The notes: a model not told the origin generated them from the sequence alone. Counted from the first letter of the stretch, positions 43,123-55,444 are shown. The stretch is 64,000 bases of DNA from Trypanosoma brucei (GCA_000002445.1 CM000208.1:2720001-2784000); one strand, 5' to 3'. Program-made: numbers and translations.

Positions 43123-43812
43123 ATGGTGAATCATTTAGTTGTATTGATCGGCTCAGACGGCAAACGAGCGACGGTGAGTCGCACAGCAGCGACTCATGCA
43201 TCGCTGCTCCTCCGCGATCTGCTGGATGGGAGGGAACCCAACACAACTGTGGTGGAGGGGAAAAGCGGAGTGGAACATGTAAGCAATTCCGACATTTTTG
43301 AGGGTCTCGTGGCGGACAAGGAGGTCGCAGTACCAGCCATTGAGATACCTTTTACTCACGCTACTGGATCCCTCTTGCAACGGATTTGTGCTCACATGAC
43401 GTATAGATATGATTATCGCCCACCAAACGGGGGTGTTGAAGGTTCGACAGTACTTTTTGAGCCTGTTGCAAGGGAACATAGGGCTACTTTTTCATGTGGC
43501 GGGGGTTACGGCAGGAATGTGATGCCTGAGATTCCCCGGCCCATGGTGCTTCCGCTAGTGGACTACTTGGATTCTTTTGACAAGCGGTTTATTGAAGATT
43601 GGGATGAAATTACAACGGTACAGATGGTAAAGTTGGCGACATTGCTGAATTACGAAGAGTTGCTGAACTTAGCGTCCGCCAAACTGGCTGTGTATTTGTC
43701 TGAGAAGTCCATTGAGGGGTTACGAGCCTTTCTTGGCGTGGAGAATGACTTCAAGGCTGAAGAAGAGGCTGAACTCAGGAAAGAGTACGGAAGAATGTCA
43801 GAGGAGAAGTAG
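43123..43812 (+). CDS. Skp1-family protein (divergent SCF ubiquitin-ligase adaptor-like)
   Basis: Skp1 C-terminal dimerisation signature WDEITTVQMVKLATLLNYEELLNLASAKLAVYLSEKSIEGLRAFLGVENDFKAEEEAELRKEY (compare W.D.EFL.VD...LFELILAANYL.IK.LLD..CK.VA.MI.GK.PEEIRKTFNI.NDFT.EEE..IR.EN). N-terminal POZ-like start VVLIGSDGKRATVSRTAATHASLLLRDLLDG. Confidence 0.75.
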   Translation: MVNHLVVLIGSDGKRATVSRTAATHASLLLRDLLDGREPNTTVVEGKSGVEHVSNSDIFEGLVADKEVAVPAIEIPFTHATGSLLQRICAHMTYRYDYRPPNGGVEGSTVLFEPVAREHRATFSCGGGYGRNVMPEIPRPMVLPLVDYLDSFDKRFIEDWDEITTVQMVKLATLLNYEELLNLASAKLAVYLSEKSIEGLRAFLGVENDFKAEEEAELRKEYGRMSEEK

Positions 43813-44201
43813 ACATGAGGGTGTGAGGCACACTTGTTTTTGCCGATGTGCGCGTATTCGAGAACCAGGTGTGGCGCGTGTTGACGGTGGAGGTGGTGGT
43901 GACGGCGGTATGGAAGGATTGCTGAAGTATGACCCAGTGTCCCCTTCGAAATTCTTCGTTTAATTTACAGAAGGGTGACATGATAGTGCTATGTTTCCCG
44001 CATTTGCTCAAGCGTTTACATTTAAAAAAAAATTGGTGTAAGCACGTCTATTCGCGTTGATATCGATGTGTTCTTTGCGTGTGCACGCGTCAATCGACAC
44101 AATCCAGGTGCTTAACGTGACCAACGCTCCCGATATCCCCCCGCAACCCTTTTTGCTTTGTCCGTTTAACCTTGTTTAGATATCTTTTTCTCCTGTTCGG
44201 T

Positions 44202-47200
44202 ATGCGTGGGGAGAGCAGTGCTGTGAGTTTTCAGTATGAGTCTCCCGATGTTACCGGCGCCTCCCCATCATTCACCAATTCTTCCCTAGCGAGGATAATT
44301 GGGCAAAAAGAGCTTCCACGATTCGGTATAGAAATTGGTGGCCATGAAGGGCTACTGAAGCTGCTCGGTGTCCGTTACGACGGGGAACCGACGTGGCGGA
44401 GTGGCGGTGGCTTGCGTGGGGGCATCTTGTCGGATTCTGTACATCAGCGACGGTGTCGTTTTGGTGGCAACCGCCTGCCCCGCCCTCGAGATAAAAGCGT
44501 GGGAACCCTCGTGAAAGAGTCCATCGAGGAGGACAAAATCCTACAGCTGCTAATCGGTGCGGCTCTGTTTTCAATTTTACTCGGTCACTTGACCTCCTAT
44601 CATCAGAAGGAAGGGGGGAATATGTGCCCCAGCTGGGTTGAAGGGGCAGCTATACTCTTTTCTGTGGTGGTTGTTGTCACGCTTGGCGCGCTCAACAACT
44701 ACAACAAGCAGAAGCAATTTTCACATGTCTTATTGCAAGAGGATGGAACAAGGCAGTCGATCGTTGTATGGCGTTATGACACATTGGACGACAGAGCGAT
44801 GGTTAGGGAACTTTGCCTGGCTGCCAGAGAGGTGCCTAGTGAGGATCTCGTTGTTGGGGATGTTGTGCAGATATCTTCAGGAATGGAGCTTAGCTTTGAC
44901 GCCATTCTCTTTGGTGGTAACTATGTCGTTTGTGACGAGTGTTGTGTGTCAGGCGAGAGTGAAGAGGTTGTGAAAAGTTTGGAAGCTGATCCCTTTTTGA
45001 TCAGTGGTTCTAGCGTTTTAGAGGCCTCGTCGGAGGCGATTGCTGTCGTTTGCGCTGTGGGAGAGAAAAGTTTCTCGGGGGAAATTGCCATGGCCGTTCG
45101 AGATACGGAAAAGAAGGTGACACCGCTTCAGGAACATTTAAGTGTTATGGCAGATCACATAGGAAAGTTTGGACTGGCCGTTGCTGTCCTTACATTCGTG
45201 GTTCTTTTTCTCAAGGAGGTGTACGAGGTTGTAGCCATGGGAAAGCCGTTTTTCGTCATGAGTTTTGTTGAGAATCTGGCCACATCCATTGCCATAATTG
45301 TTGTCGCCGTACCGGAAGGATTGCCACTCTCAGTGACTATATCGCTTGCATACTCTATGCGATACATGCTGCGGGATGGCAATTTGGTTCGACATTTGGC
45401 GGCCTGTGAGACAATGGGCAGTGCAACGGTTTTGTGTACGGACAAAACTGGTACCCTTACATCTCCCCACGCAACACTAAGCAGAGTGCTCTTTGAAGGG
45501 AAGGTTTACACGGCAAATGATAGCGGAGGGGATGGAAGTAGTTGTGTCGAGGGCGGTCGATGGAATAAAAGTGGGACCGGGTTATTTGTGGTGGCGTCTT
45601 CTCAGGCAACCGCCGGTTTGCTAATGGAGTGCGTGGTTTCCAATGCGTTGGATCCTGTTCGAGGCCGGCCGGTGAACCGAACGGCGGAGGCCCTGCTTCA
45701 ACTTGCTCAGCATTTGTATGTTTCATGCGGCGATGACTTTTCCTCGCCATTCGTTTACGACATGGGCCGCCTGGCGCAGCAAATGTGCGACGGATCGCGT
45801 TGTGTCCGCTTCCCTTTTACATCAGTACAGAAAAAAAGCGTTACAATTCTGAAGCTTCCTACTGGTGAACTCCGTCAGTATGTTGTTGGGGCACCAGAGG
45901 CGATATTAAGTAGCTGTCGGAATTTTATCACAGCCGCCGGCGCTTTGGTGGAGATAAACACCGAGTCACGTGAATTTCTTCAGAGCATCATTCAAGAATT
46001 TGGCCGCAGAGGCCTCAGGAGTTTGTGTTGTGCGTACGCCGTTGTTTATCCGATTGAGGGGCGCATCATGCCACTGGAAGTTTCCAGCGCTCCGCTCAAC
46101 TTTTTGGCTGCGGTTGCATTAGAGGAAGAGGTTCGACCTGAAGTCCCCGCAGCAGTACGAGCAAGCATCTGTGCAGGTATTCGTGTGATCATGGTAACAG
46201 GTGATGGGCTGCTTACCTCCATTAACATTGCTTATCGATGCGGGTTGCTGAACCCGGTGGGCGGGGAAACAAGTAATTGCTTTTCTCCACCACCGATCAG
46301 TACGTTGATCAACGATGGCTATGCTATGGACGGCCCCGCGTTTCGTGCTTGTTCTGACACCGATCTCCTCGTCAACTACATTCCGAAGTTGTGCGTATTG
46401 GCTCGTGCAACTCCGCTTGATAAGAAACGGGTCTTACAGCTGCTAAAAATGCACGATCCACTCGCTGTGATCGCCGTTACTGGCGATGGCACGAATGATG
46501 CCCCTGCGCTAAAGCTGAGCGACGTTGGTTTTGCCATGAATAGCGGTAGTGAGGTGGCGAAGAGGGCGTCCGACATCATACTTCTTCACGATAATTTTGC
46601 CGGGATGGTGAAGGCAACCATGTGGGGACGCAATGTCAGGGACAATGTACGCAAGTTTTTACAGTTTCAGCTGACCGTAAACTGCGTTGCGTGTGTCTTC
46701 GCTTTTTGCGGCGCCCTGATTAATGAGAGCAATATTTTGCCCCTGAAACCTGTGCAACTTCTGTGGCTCAACCTCATCATGGACACGTTGGCTTCCTTGG
46801 CTCTCGCAACAGAGTTGCCTTTGGAGAAGCGTCTGTTTGATCGGGCACCTGAACCACGAGACACGCCCATCATACTTCCGGGTATGTTGTTTCAGGTGGC
46901 GGTGCAGGGTGGTTATCAATTCGTTGTGCAAATCTACATGTTGTTGGCCGGACACCGGTTGTTCGGCGATAGCAGTACCGGTGAAGTGGAACGGCGGAGT
47001 CGACCGCCTATTGACTATTTGTGTCCGAAACATCTTTCTATCGTCTTTAATGTGTTCGTGCTGATGCAGGTGATGAACTTCTTTAACGCCCGTCTTCTCC
47101 ATGAGGAGGATAGTTTCTTTGAGAACTGGGGTAGTAGCCGTTTGCTGCTGCTGATTGTAGCTGTGATCGCGGTTCTGCAAGTGTGCATCGTGCAGTACGG

Positions 47201-47504
47201 GGGGCGCTTCATGTCTACAGTCCCGCTGAGCACCGAAGAGTGGCTCTACTGCACGTTGTACGCTAGTGGAAGCCTGGCTGTGGGTGCTGCATCGCGGTTC
47301 TGCTGGCGGTGGATGCGGCGCCGTGGAGCGCACAGTACAGGGAGTTGTGATTCATATGTATTGCTGTCGTATCTTCCACGTTGGCTGCGAGCGCTCATCG
47401 ATGGGGCACGTGGGGGTTCCGGGAGGAGACGGCAAAGAAGTAGCTATTGTAAGGCTGCGGTGAAGGGGAAGGGAGCGTGTAAAACTGCCCCTGCATACGT
47501 TTAA
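44202..47504 (+). CDS. P-type ATPase, type II (Ca2+-transporting, PMCA/vacuolar Ca-ATPase-like)
   Basis: Phosphorylation-site motif LCTDKTGTLT, hinge motif VTGDGTNDAPALKLSDVGFAM, PEGLPLSVTISLAYSMRYM (M4 ion-binding region) and 8-10 predicted TM segments. The track start 44172 is a TTG. The first ATG is at 44202 (MRGESSAVSF...). Confidence 0.9.
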   Translation: MRGESSAVSFQYESPDVTGASPSFTNSSLARIIGQKELPRFGIEIGGHEGLLKLLGVRYDGEPTWRSGGGLRGGILSDSVHQRRCRFGGNRLPRPRDKSVGTLVKESIEEDKILQLLIGAALFSILLGHLTSYHQKEGGNMCPSWVEGAAILFSVVVVVTLGALNNYNKQKQFSHVLLQEDGTRQSIVVWRYDTLDDRAMVRELCLAAREVPSEDLVVGDVVQISSGMELSFDAILFGGNYVVCDECCVSGESEEVVKSLEADPFLISGSSVLEASSEAIAVVCAVGEKSFSGEIAMAVRDTEKKVTPLQEHLSVMADHIGKFGLAVAVLTFVVLFLKEVYEVVAMGKPFFVMSFVENLATSIAIIVVAVPEGLPLSVTISLAYSMRYMLRDGNLVRHLAACETMGSATVLCTDKTGTLTSPHATLSRVLFEGKVYTANDSGGDGSSCVEGGRWNKSGTGLFVVASSQATAGLLMECVVSNALDPVRGRPVNRTAEALLQLAQHLYVSCGDDFSSPFVYDMGRLAQQMCDGSRCVRFPFTSVQKKSVTILKLPTGELRQYVVGAPEAILSSCRNFITAAGALVEINTESREFLQSIIQEFGRRGLRSLCCAYAVVYPIEGRIMPLEVSSAPLNFLAAVALEEEVRPEVPAAVRASICAGIRVIMVTGDGLLTSINIAYRCGLLNPVGGETSNCFSPPPISTLINDGYAMDGPAFRACSDTDLLVNYIPKLCVLARATPLDKKRVLQLLKMHDPLAVIAVTGDGTNDAPALKLSDVGFAMNSGSEVAKRASDIILLHDNFAGMVKATMWGRNVRDNVRKFLQFQLTVNCVACVFAFCGALINESNILPLKPVQLLWLNLIMDTLASLALATELPLEKRLFDRAPEPRDTPIILPGMLFQVAVQGGYQFVVQIYMLLAGHRLFGDSSTGEVERRSRPPIDYLCPKHLSIVFNVFVLMQVMNFFNARLLHEEDSFFENWGSSRLLLLIVAVIAVLQVCIVQYGGRFMSTVPLSTEEWLYCTLYASGSLAVGAASRFCWRWMRRRGAHSTGSCDSYVLLSYLPRWLRALIDGARGGSGRRRQRSSYCKAAVKGKGACKTAPAYV

Positions 47505-48874
47505 CTTTAGAGAAGTTGAGGGAGAAATGCAGAGGGTAAGTGGAGAAGTTGTGCACGTGCCACCACTAGAGGGGTTGCGCGCATGGCTAAAGCGCGTGGG
47601 CATTGCTGACCGGTGGGTATACCACTGCATCAATCCAGTGACGCACCCTGTGGCATGGGTTCATGTGCGGAGGTTTTTGTGCTTTTTTTTTTGGTCTAAA
47701 CCCCCCCTATTTCTCATCGTTGCTACTATTGTTATTGTTATTAACGTAGTTTTTACGCGGTTGTAATATGTTTGTAATTTTTCACCTTTTGCATTATCAC
47801 TGGCTTCGGCGGCGGGCATATGCTGAGGGTTTACTGCCTTCCAATTCTGCTGCCAATTAGGCGAACACGATAGGCGAGGAGTTTCTCCCCGGTGGTTCTA
47901 TCAAACTTTACTGCACTAAACTGATGTGTTTGTATGATTTCTACCTATCCAAGTCTTTTTTTTCCATATTACTTTATATTCTTCTTCTCTGTTTGCCTCT
48001 TCTGTGGATACTCATTGCAAACGAAGGCATATATAATATTCACGGGAAAGGAAGACAATAGGGAAAAAGAAAAGGGTATATAAGCCCGAAGTTTAAATAG
48101 GCGACACTGTTACCATTACCATTACTGGTATTGCTTTTTTGTTTTTTTGTTTTTTGAAGCCACACACAAGGGAGAATCAACAGAAAAACAATACTTACGA
48201 AAGACACCTCTTCCTTATTTGTGATTAGGTTAATAAACGCACGCGCGTGTACGCGCGTGGATTCTTTATTTTTTTTTATCACTTATTTATTTTGTTGTTT
48301 ATTCGTTTTTTAATTTTTTTGTCGTTGTACGATAAGATAACCACCAACCACAGCACGAGTACATTTATACACGAAGTGAACTCATACGCATACCTCTCGT
48401 GCGACTAGGGGAATTACGATAGGGAGAAGGAGAGGAAGGAGAGCTTACTCCGTATTTTGCGCTGCGGCGCTGGATTGTGGTGAAGAGGTAGAAAAAAGAA
48501 GGGGTTCCATTGTTTTATTTCCTCTAGGGTTCCTTTGATTACTTCTCCTCGACGTGAGCGCCTGCCGCCTCAAAAAGAAGACAAAAGTGAGGAAACAACC
48601 ATCTGTAGAAGGGGCTTGGGGGAAAACATATATCCATATATATAGTTCTCCGCTGTTAGTATTGACACAGCTATTATTTGACGTTGCTGGTTTCCTCGGT
48701 GGATGAAATTGGCGGCATAAGGAAAAGGTAGACTTTGACAACAGGAAGAAAGAAAAAAAAAACAAGGAAAAAAGGAGCACGAAAGGAAAGAGAAAGCAAA
48801 TTAACAACAGGCAGAAGCGTGGACGGAGTCTCCTTTAAATACAAAACAGGAACAAAAAAGGGGGGGGAAGAGGA

Positions 48875-50779
48875 ATGAGTGCCAAGTTACAACCCATCTT
48901 AGAATCGGCCGACGCAAACGCACCCTTCGACGTTCCGGTGACTCCGATTAAATCCTTTAGTACCAACACGATAATTGGAACGGAGGCCGGCATACGGCCG
49001 ACGGATGGTCACAGTGAATGTAGAATTAGTGTAACCGCTGCGGAGTATGGCGGTAAGTCACATGACCGCATGGTCGGCAGCGATAGCGACATTACATCTG
49101 CCGCCTCATCATCCGGTTCACACACAGGGAATAACTTTCACTGCTACACTAATGAGGGTAGTGGTGAGGGGGGAGGTGGTGCACGGAAACTGGCACCTCA
49201 TCTCCAAAGTTATGAGGAAAACACTCCCACAGAGGCCAGCACGGCCGCGGGCGCCTCTCCAACTCCTAAAGGGGGAAACTCCGATGCGGAGGAAAGCTCC
49301 CATGGGTTTAGAGTCCCCTCGTGTGAACCTCCATCTCAAAGGGAGCTCTCAGTAGCGATGGATTCACATTCTGGGATACAACACAAGCATGAAAACCTTC
49401 TGAGTCCACATGATTCCAGCGATTTCAGCGGCGATGATGTGTCTCATAGGCGGTGCGAAGAGGCTGACGATATGCAGCCAAACCAAGGCAATCAAGGAAA
49501 GGCGAATGGAACTGGGGAAATGAGGGGTACCCGGCAAAATAAGGGGAGGCCGGCAAATGTCCTCAGGCTTCCGCCGACAACCAAACCATCGTTTGTGCAA
49601 GTTGGAACCGTAAGGGATCATAATCTGACGGTTGCCATTAAGCAACGTGTTAGCCACCACGCGGCAGTTTGCGCGAGAGTCAATGCAGTGCCACGGAAGA
49701 TGTGTCTTTCTTCAATACTCCCGTCCTTTGGTACGGCAATGGAGATGCACAGTTGCAAGAGGCAGAACATGCTATTTCCTTCAAGTACGCACGTTCTTCC
49801 TTCTTGTTTGCCCGCCGTGGGCAAAAATGGAGGCTGCGGGTACTGCTCGTCAACTTTTGCCGCACCTGAAGATATTGAAATGAGAGTAAAGAGGGGAAAT
49901 GATGTGGACTGCACACTGCACAGTGTTGGCGGAAAATTACCCACGCAGTCGCCCATGATGTCCCTGTCGTCATCGCACTTGGAGAAGGAACCCGTTTCGG
50001 TGTGCCGTGTAGACAATGATAAATTGGATGAGGAGGAAGAATTAGGGTTCGTCGTTATCGTCAAGGGAAAACATCAATGTAAAGGCTATCTGACAGGTCA
50101 ATCAAATCTATCGGCTGGCGCAGTTGTTATTGTGGAGGGAGACCGTGGCGAGGACATTGGAACCATTCAGCAAGTGTATGCCATAGAAGACGTTGACCAG
50201 CTGCTTCACATGAAAGTAAAGATGACTGACGCTGCCGAAGAAGCGGGAGGGTGTTCGAGCACTGTTGACGATACGACTACGGGTGCGTCTGATACCCCTC
50301 ATGAAGAGGCGGTGTTGGACTCCTGTAGCGTTGCTCGAAGTGACGCTCAACCCCCTGACGATGGCATGCGTCTCCCACGAGTCCTCCGTCTTGCCACATC
50401 GGAGGATATTGCACAACTTTCTGCCCTTCGAGATGAGGAAACCGAGCTTCTGCCGAACGTGTTGCGTGTTGTTAACGGGTTTATATCCAAGTCTACCTCC
50501 GCCGCTGGTGTCACCCTTGTTGACATTGAGTTCCAGTTCGATAAGAAGAAGTTGACAATTTACCTCCGCCGCCCAACAGAGACAGGGTTTGTGAACTTCC
50601 GCCGCATGCAGCGACGGTTCCATCGTCTCCTGAAATGTCGCATTTGGCTAGCGTACATGGATGAAGTAGAGCGCCAAGTAGAGGCCTACATCGAGAAGGC
50701 TCCTCTCGGTTGTGAGGTGAAGGACCGGGAGCCGTCACGGGACCGGTGTCTAGGCGCGGGAGATTTGATCGTAGTTTAA
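48875..50779 (+). CDS. PSP1 C-terminal conserved-domain protein (putative post-transcriptional regulator)
   Basis: The C-terminal region CKGYLTGQSNLSAGAVVIVEGDRGEDIGTIQQVYAIED...LPRVLRLATSEDIAQLSALRDEETELLPNVLRVVNGFI...IEFQFDKKKLTIYLRRPTETGFVNFRRMQRRFHRLLKCRIWLAYMDE matches the PSP1 C-terminal domain core (VIVEaDRGeDLGtV...vlR.At..D......k...E..A.......e....l.meIvdaEyQfD..KLtFyY.A..RVDFReLV..Lf..yk.RIWm). The N-terminal half is low-complexity. Confidence 0.65.
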   Translation: MSAKLQPILESADANAPFDVPVTPIKSFSTNTIIGTEAGIRPTDGHSECRISVTAAEYGGKSHDRMVGSDSDITSAASSSGSHTGNNFHCYTNEGSGEGGGGARKLAPHLQSYEENTPTEASTAAGASPTPKGGNSDAEESSHGFRVPSCEPPSQRELSVAMDSHSGIQHKHENLLSPHDSSDFSGDDVSHRRCEEADDMQPNQGNQGKANGTGEMRGTRQNKGRPANVLRLPPTTKPSFVQVGTVRDHNLTVAIKQRVSHHAAVCARVNAVPRKMCLSSILPSFGTAMEMHSCKRQNMLFPSSTHVLPSCLPAVGKNGGCGYCSSTFAAPEDIEMRVKRGNDVDCTLHSVGGKLPTQSPMMSLSSSHLEKEPVSVCRVDNDKLDEEEELGFVVIVKGKHQCKGYLTGQSNLSAGAVVIVEGDRGEDIGTIQQVYAIEDVDQLLHMKVKMTDAAEEAGGCSSTVDDTTTGASDTPHEEAVLDSCSVARSDAQPPDDGMRLPRVLRLATSEDIAQLSALRDEETELLPNVLRVVNGFISKSTSAAGVTLVDIEFQFDKKKLTIYLRRPTETGFVNFRRMQRRFHRLLKCRIWLAYMDEVERQVEAYIEKAPLGCEVKDREPSRDRCLGAGDLIVV

Positions 50780-52534
50780 ATGATACAAATGCGTCTGTGA
50801 GGGCTGCTGGATTATAAGCGAATCGTGGTGAGGAAAGGTGGAGATTGAGGAAAAGCATATATTATAGGTGAACGGGCTCGTGCACGTGCTTGCAGTGCCA
50901 GTCAACTCCGGTATTACGTGGCGAGAACACGGGTGTGGTATTGATGCACTACCTCGTAGTGCCTAGGATGCTATTTCACAATCTATTCAGTTCTTTTTTC
51001 CCTCTTGGGTCTTCCCTTATCCTTCTTAAAAGGTATTGTGGCATTGCTTTAAGGTTTATTTACCTTCGCTGCCATTTCCATTTTGCCCGCTGCGCTCGAT
51101 AACGTTCGATTGTTATGATCACACAACTTTTTTGGGACCGTATTTTATACAGATCTGATTCTGCATGGTTTGGCCGCTGCAGCTTTTGATCCCCCATTAG
51201 TCCTTTTGTTTTTGTTTCCGTTCCATTATTTTATTTGACTTTGGGTGGACTTTCCTCCCTTCCCCTCTCTTATTGATACGCTCTCCCGTTCGTTCCACAT
51301 ATGTTTGTGTTACTTTTAGCCGTGGTGATGACATGTATTTGTGCTGTGACTAATTATTTCCGGAAAGATATTCATGTGATGGATTAGTAGATAAATTTAA
51401 ATCTTCACCTGGTGAGTACCCCCTTTTTTTGTTTATTTCTTTTGATCGTGTACTTCCCTCCCCCATACACAATACGCTCTTTTTTTTTTTTTACTTTTGT
51501 TGGTTTGTTCGTGGCATGAGTTTTATATCGATTTATCAGAGAATCAACCAATAACAAATACTTGTATGTATATGTTTACATGTATGTGCTTCCCTTTTAT
51601 ATGCATTTGTTTTACTTTGGAGAAGCTGGGACTCGCTTTCCGCTTCTTTTCTTTTAAAAGAAAAAAAAAGTAATTTCCTTGTACAGATGTTTTATTTTTG
51701 TCATGTTTGTTTTGTTTATTGTTATTTATTTTATTTTACAGTTTAGCGTGATTTCGTTTTTCTGACACGTGAAGGCCACCAACCCCTCCAAGAAGAAAAG
51801 GCACAGAAGATCAGAGAAACCAAAAAGAGAAAAAGGAAATAATAATAATAAAACAAAATAAAGGTGAATGTAAAGCGGAAAGATAATTTTTGGGGAGTTA
51901 ATGTGAGGAACTGAAGTGAGCAGACGCGGGACCTATTTATTCGTTCCTTTCATTATTATTTTCGTTTCTTACATTTCTGCGGTACTTCCCTTCATGTTTC
52001 ACGTCCGCTCGTCTCCATTCCCTTATTTATTTATTTCTTTTTGGTCTTTTCACTCCCTTTCCCTTTTCTATTACAAAAACAAATAACAAAAAACAATAAA
52101 AAAATTATGTTCATCGCCGCGTCGTAGTGTTGTTTACCATAACTTCCCTCTCCTTCTCCCCCTCCAAAAATATGAATGAATTACCTCTTTTTTTTTTTCC
52201 TGACGTCATGATGGGCCTTTCCATTTGTTACTTCCATTTTTATTTTATATATTTCTGTTGTTTACTTCATTTCACCATACTTATTTTCTACATTTACATG
52301 TTTTATTTTCGTGTATTTATGGTATATTCCACATTGCTATCTTATTACTTCATTTCTAACTGTGTTATTATTATTATTATTAAAGTTGTTGTTATTATTA
52401 TTATTATTTCAATGTATGTATCAAAGAAATAAATTATCAAACCAATAAGTGAATAGTTTTAATAGCTACAGCTTTGATACGCATTTTCGTGTGTCTATGA
52501 AAGGAAGCGAAGCAACATAAAGATAAAAAAAAAA

Positions 52535-52584
52535 GCAAAAGCAAAAGCAAAAGCAAAAAAAAAACAACAACAACAACAACAACA
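52535..52584. repeat. (GCAAAA)4 followed by (CAA)7
   Basis: gcaaaagcaaaagcaaaagcaaaaaaaaaacaacaacaacaacaacaaca. Confidence 0.9.
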
Positions 52585-53423
52585 CATATATGTTTCTTTA
52601 ATTCGTTTACATCTTCTTTTTTACGTGCGCATTCCATCACCTTTCATTCATTCAACTTTTTTTTCCATTTATTTACTTATTTTTATTTTATTTATTTTAT
52701 TTGGTCACCCTCTCAGTCACTTGCTTTTTATTTCTATCATCATTATTTACATGTATGTGCATGTGAAGATGTGCTGTTCACAAATGTGCGTGTGTGTTTA
52801 AATAAATATATAAATATATAAATGTATGTATTTGTATGTGTTGTGATGAATTTGAAATGTTGCGCCTTCGCAATTTAGTGTGGGGTCACTGCTGAGGAGT
52901 TGGGGAATTCTGTATGCAATTTGTGTTTTTGTTTGTTTAATTTATATTTTTACGCCTCTAATTTTATTTAAGTAATGATATAAGGGATATGTTTAAAAAT
53001 ATCTTTAGAAAACGCCAAACGAATGAATAAATGAATGAATGAGATAATTAAAATGTACGTACAATAGTGTATTTAATGAGCGAAGGCACGTTACTGTGTG
53101 GCATTAAGATGGCACGTAAAATCAAAACAAACAAACAAACAAATAATAATAATGATATGTATATATGTATTTGTATATTTAAAAGGGGTAAATGCGATTC
53201 GTGTGAGGGGTGGTGGTGGGAAATGTTTGGTAACGACAAACAAAAAGAGGGATACCAAGAATAGGTAAGCAAATAAATAAATAAATTAAAATAATAAAGG
53301 TAACTCTCTGGGGCCCGTGTCGGCAACCCAGGAAATAAAAAGTTAGTTTTATTCTTGTTATTTTATTTTCTCTTTTTATGCACTGTCACCGCTTAGCAGA
53401 GGCAAGCCCTTGTGCCGTTGCCC

Positions 53424-53424
<1 letters not shown>

Positions 53425-53452
<28 letters not shown>
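53425..53452. repeat. (ATT)9 microsatellite
   Basis: attattattattattattattattatta. Confidence 0.95.
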
Positions 53453-53454
<2 letters not shown>

Positions 53455-55401
53455 TTGCTGCTGACGTGCCGTTGTTTTTTTTTCTTCTTCTTTTTTTAAT
53501 ATATATTTGTTTATTTATTTATTTATTTGTGTGTATGCGTATGTATATATATGTGACGTTTTGGCTTCGTTGTAACGCTTCGACTTTTTCGTGTAAGATT
53601 GAGAGATTTATGTATTCATTTTTTTTTGTTTTGAGTTTGTGCACTTCTTAATCCGTCATAGCTTTATGAGTTATTGATTTAGTTGTTTTCTTTTCTTTTT
53701 TTTCTTTTCCTTCCTTCTCCTGCTTCATGCATGTAGGATATGAGGGAATAAATGAAGAAGATAGATGAAATAAAAGTGAAGAAGTGAAAGGGAGGTGGAG
53801 GGGGAGGGGAAAAAAAAATAAATAAAAATGAAATAAATACAAACAAACAAACATAAAAAGAAGAAAAAAAGAGAAAGAGAGAAGAATATATGAGACAATT
53901 AAAAGGCCGCCACCACCATTAGAAAATATAAAAATAAAAATAAAATAAAATAAACACGCAGGCGCGCGACCAGAAAAAAAAAAAAAAGAGGAAACAGAGG
54001 GAGAACAGGCGAATAGGAGAATAATGACGGCACGGATGCGGATTGCCGAGGTTTTCTCAATCCATCAGTGGATGTTTTTTTTTCTTTTCCTTTTTTTTTC
54101 TTTAAGTTTTATTTCCTTTTTATGCGTTTCCACACCGACATGTGTTCGGTCTTACGTGCATAACAGATGTGCGTTACTGCGCAAATACATTCAGACATTT
54201 TCGTTTCCTTTAGTTAAGAGAGGATCAAAAAAGGAAAAAAAAAGAGAAAAAGAGAAGAATTTAGAATAATAATTAAAAAAAAATCATAGCGGTACTTGAA
54301 CCTTATATTCTTTTTCTTTCTTTTCTTTCTTTTTTTTTTTTTTGGAGGAAGTGGCACAAAGAGTAACGGTTTTTTTTTTTTTGTGGGGGGATTTCCTCCA
54401 TTCTCTTGAATGATGGTGTTAAGATGAACTGCCATGTCTACACCTATACAAGTATTAATTTTTTTCTTTTTTTTCTTTTTAAAATTAGTACTATTACCGT
54501 TACTATTGTTATTACCGGATTTCATTATTATTATTATGATATATTTATTATTATTATTATTTTTTTTGCGCTTATTACTACTCGTCAAAACGGGTTTCTT
54601 CCACAGTTTTTATCCCAAAACGATGATTTTTTTTTTTAAAAAAAAGATGAGGAAGAGAAAAGGAGAGAAAGAAAATAATAAAGTTTTATTTTTATTTTTA
54701 TTTTTATTTTTAAAAAAATGATAACGGAACTAAAGAGAAGGAAACACACACGTACTCATATTCATATATTCATACATACACACACACACACACATGAAAA
54801 GGGGAAAAGGCGGGGCCTCTTTTTTTTTTTTTCTTTCTCTCCTTTTCTTTGGTGGTTCTTGTTTCAGTGAGCTGTTGGAAGTCTTTTTTTTTTTCTTTGC
54901 AGGAATTTATTTGTGTCCATGGTTTTGTGCTTTAGGGAAACCCGCCACGTCACTTTTATTTCAACTATTATTTATATTCATTCTCTCCTTGTGTTGTCTT
55001 TTGCCTTTCATTAGAGCTAAATATATATTTTTTTTTTTTAGAAAAAGAGAAAAGAAAAGAAAAGGAAAACAAAAGAAGAAAATACATTTGTCACCTATTT
55101 TTGTCTAGTGGCTATTGGCATTATTTACAGCAGATATCAGCTGGCACCTGACGGGTGAGTTTTGTTTGGGTGACTGAAAACCAAACAAAAGAATTAAGTT
55201 AGGGGACGTGACGGTTGATTTTCTTTTTCTTTTCTTTTCTTTTTTTAAAAAGTTTTCTCCCTATTTTGTTAGTGAGATTTTCATTACCAACTACTGTACT
55301 TACATTCAGGAAACCCGTCGGTGTGTTTGTGTTGTAGCGAAAATATTTCGTGCGTTACTGAATTCACCTCCTTCATATATTTCCATACAACAGTGCTGAG
55401 C

Positions 55402-55444
55402 ATATATATATATATATATACGCATACGCAACCGCATATACATT

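Noticed and set aside
52843-52895. C-box-like gtgatga (52843-52849) followed about 45 nt later by D-box-like ctga (52892-52895) inside the AT-rich block, a possible C/D snoRNA
   Set aside because: Such short motifs occur by chance in AT-rich DNA. The spacing is shorter than typical trypanosome C/D snoRNAs, and I cannot identify D'/C' boxes or a guide complementary to rRNA without a search. Not reported as a feature.
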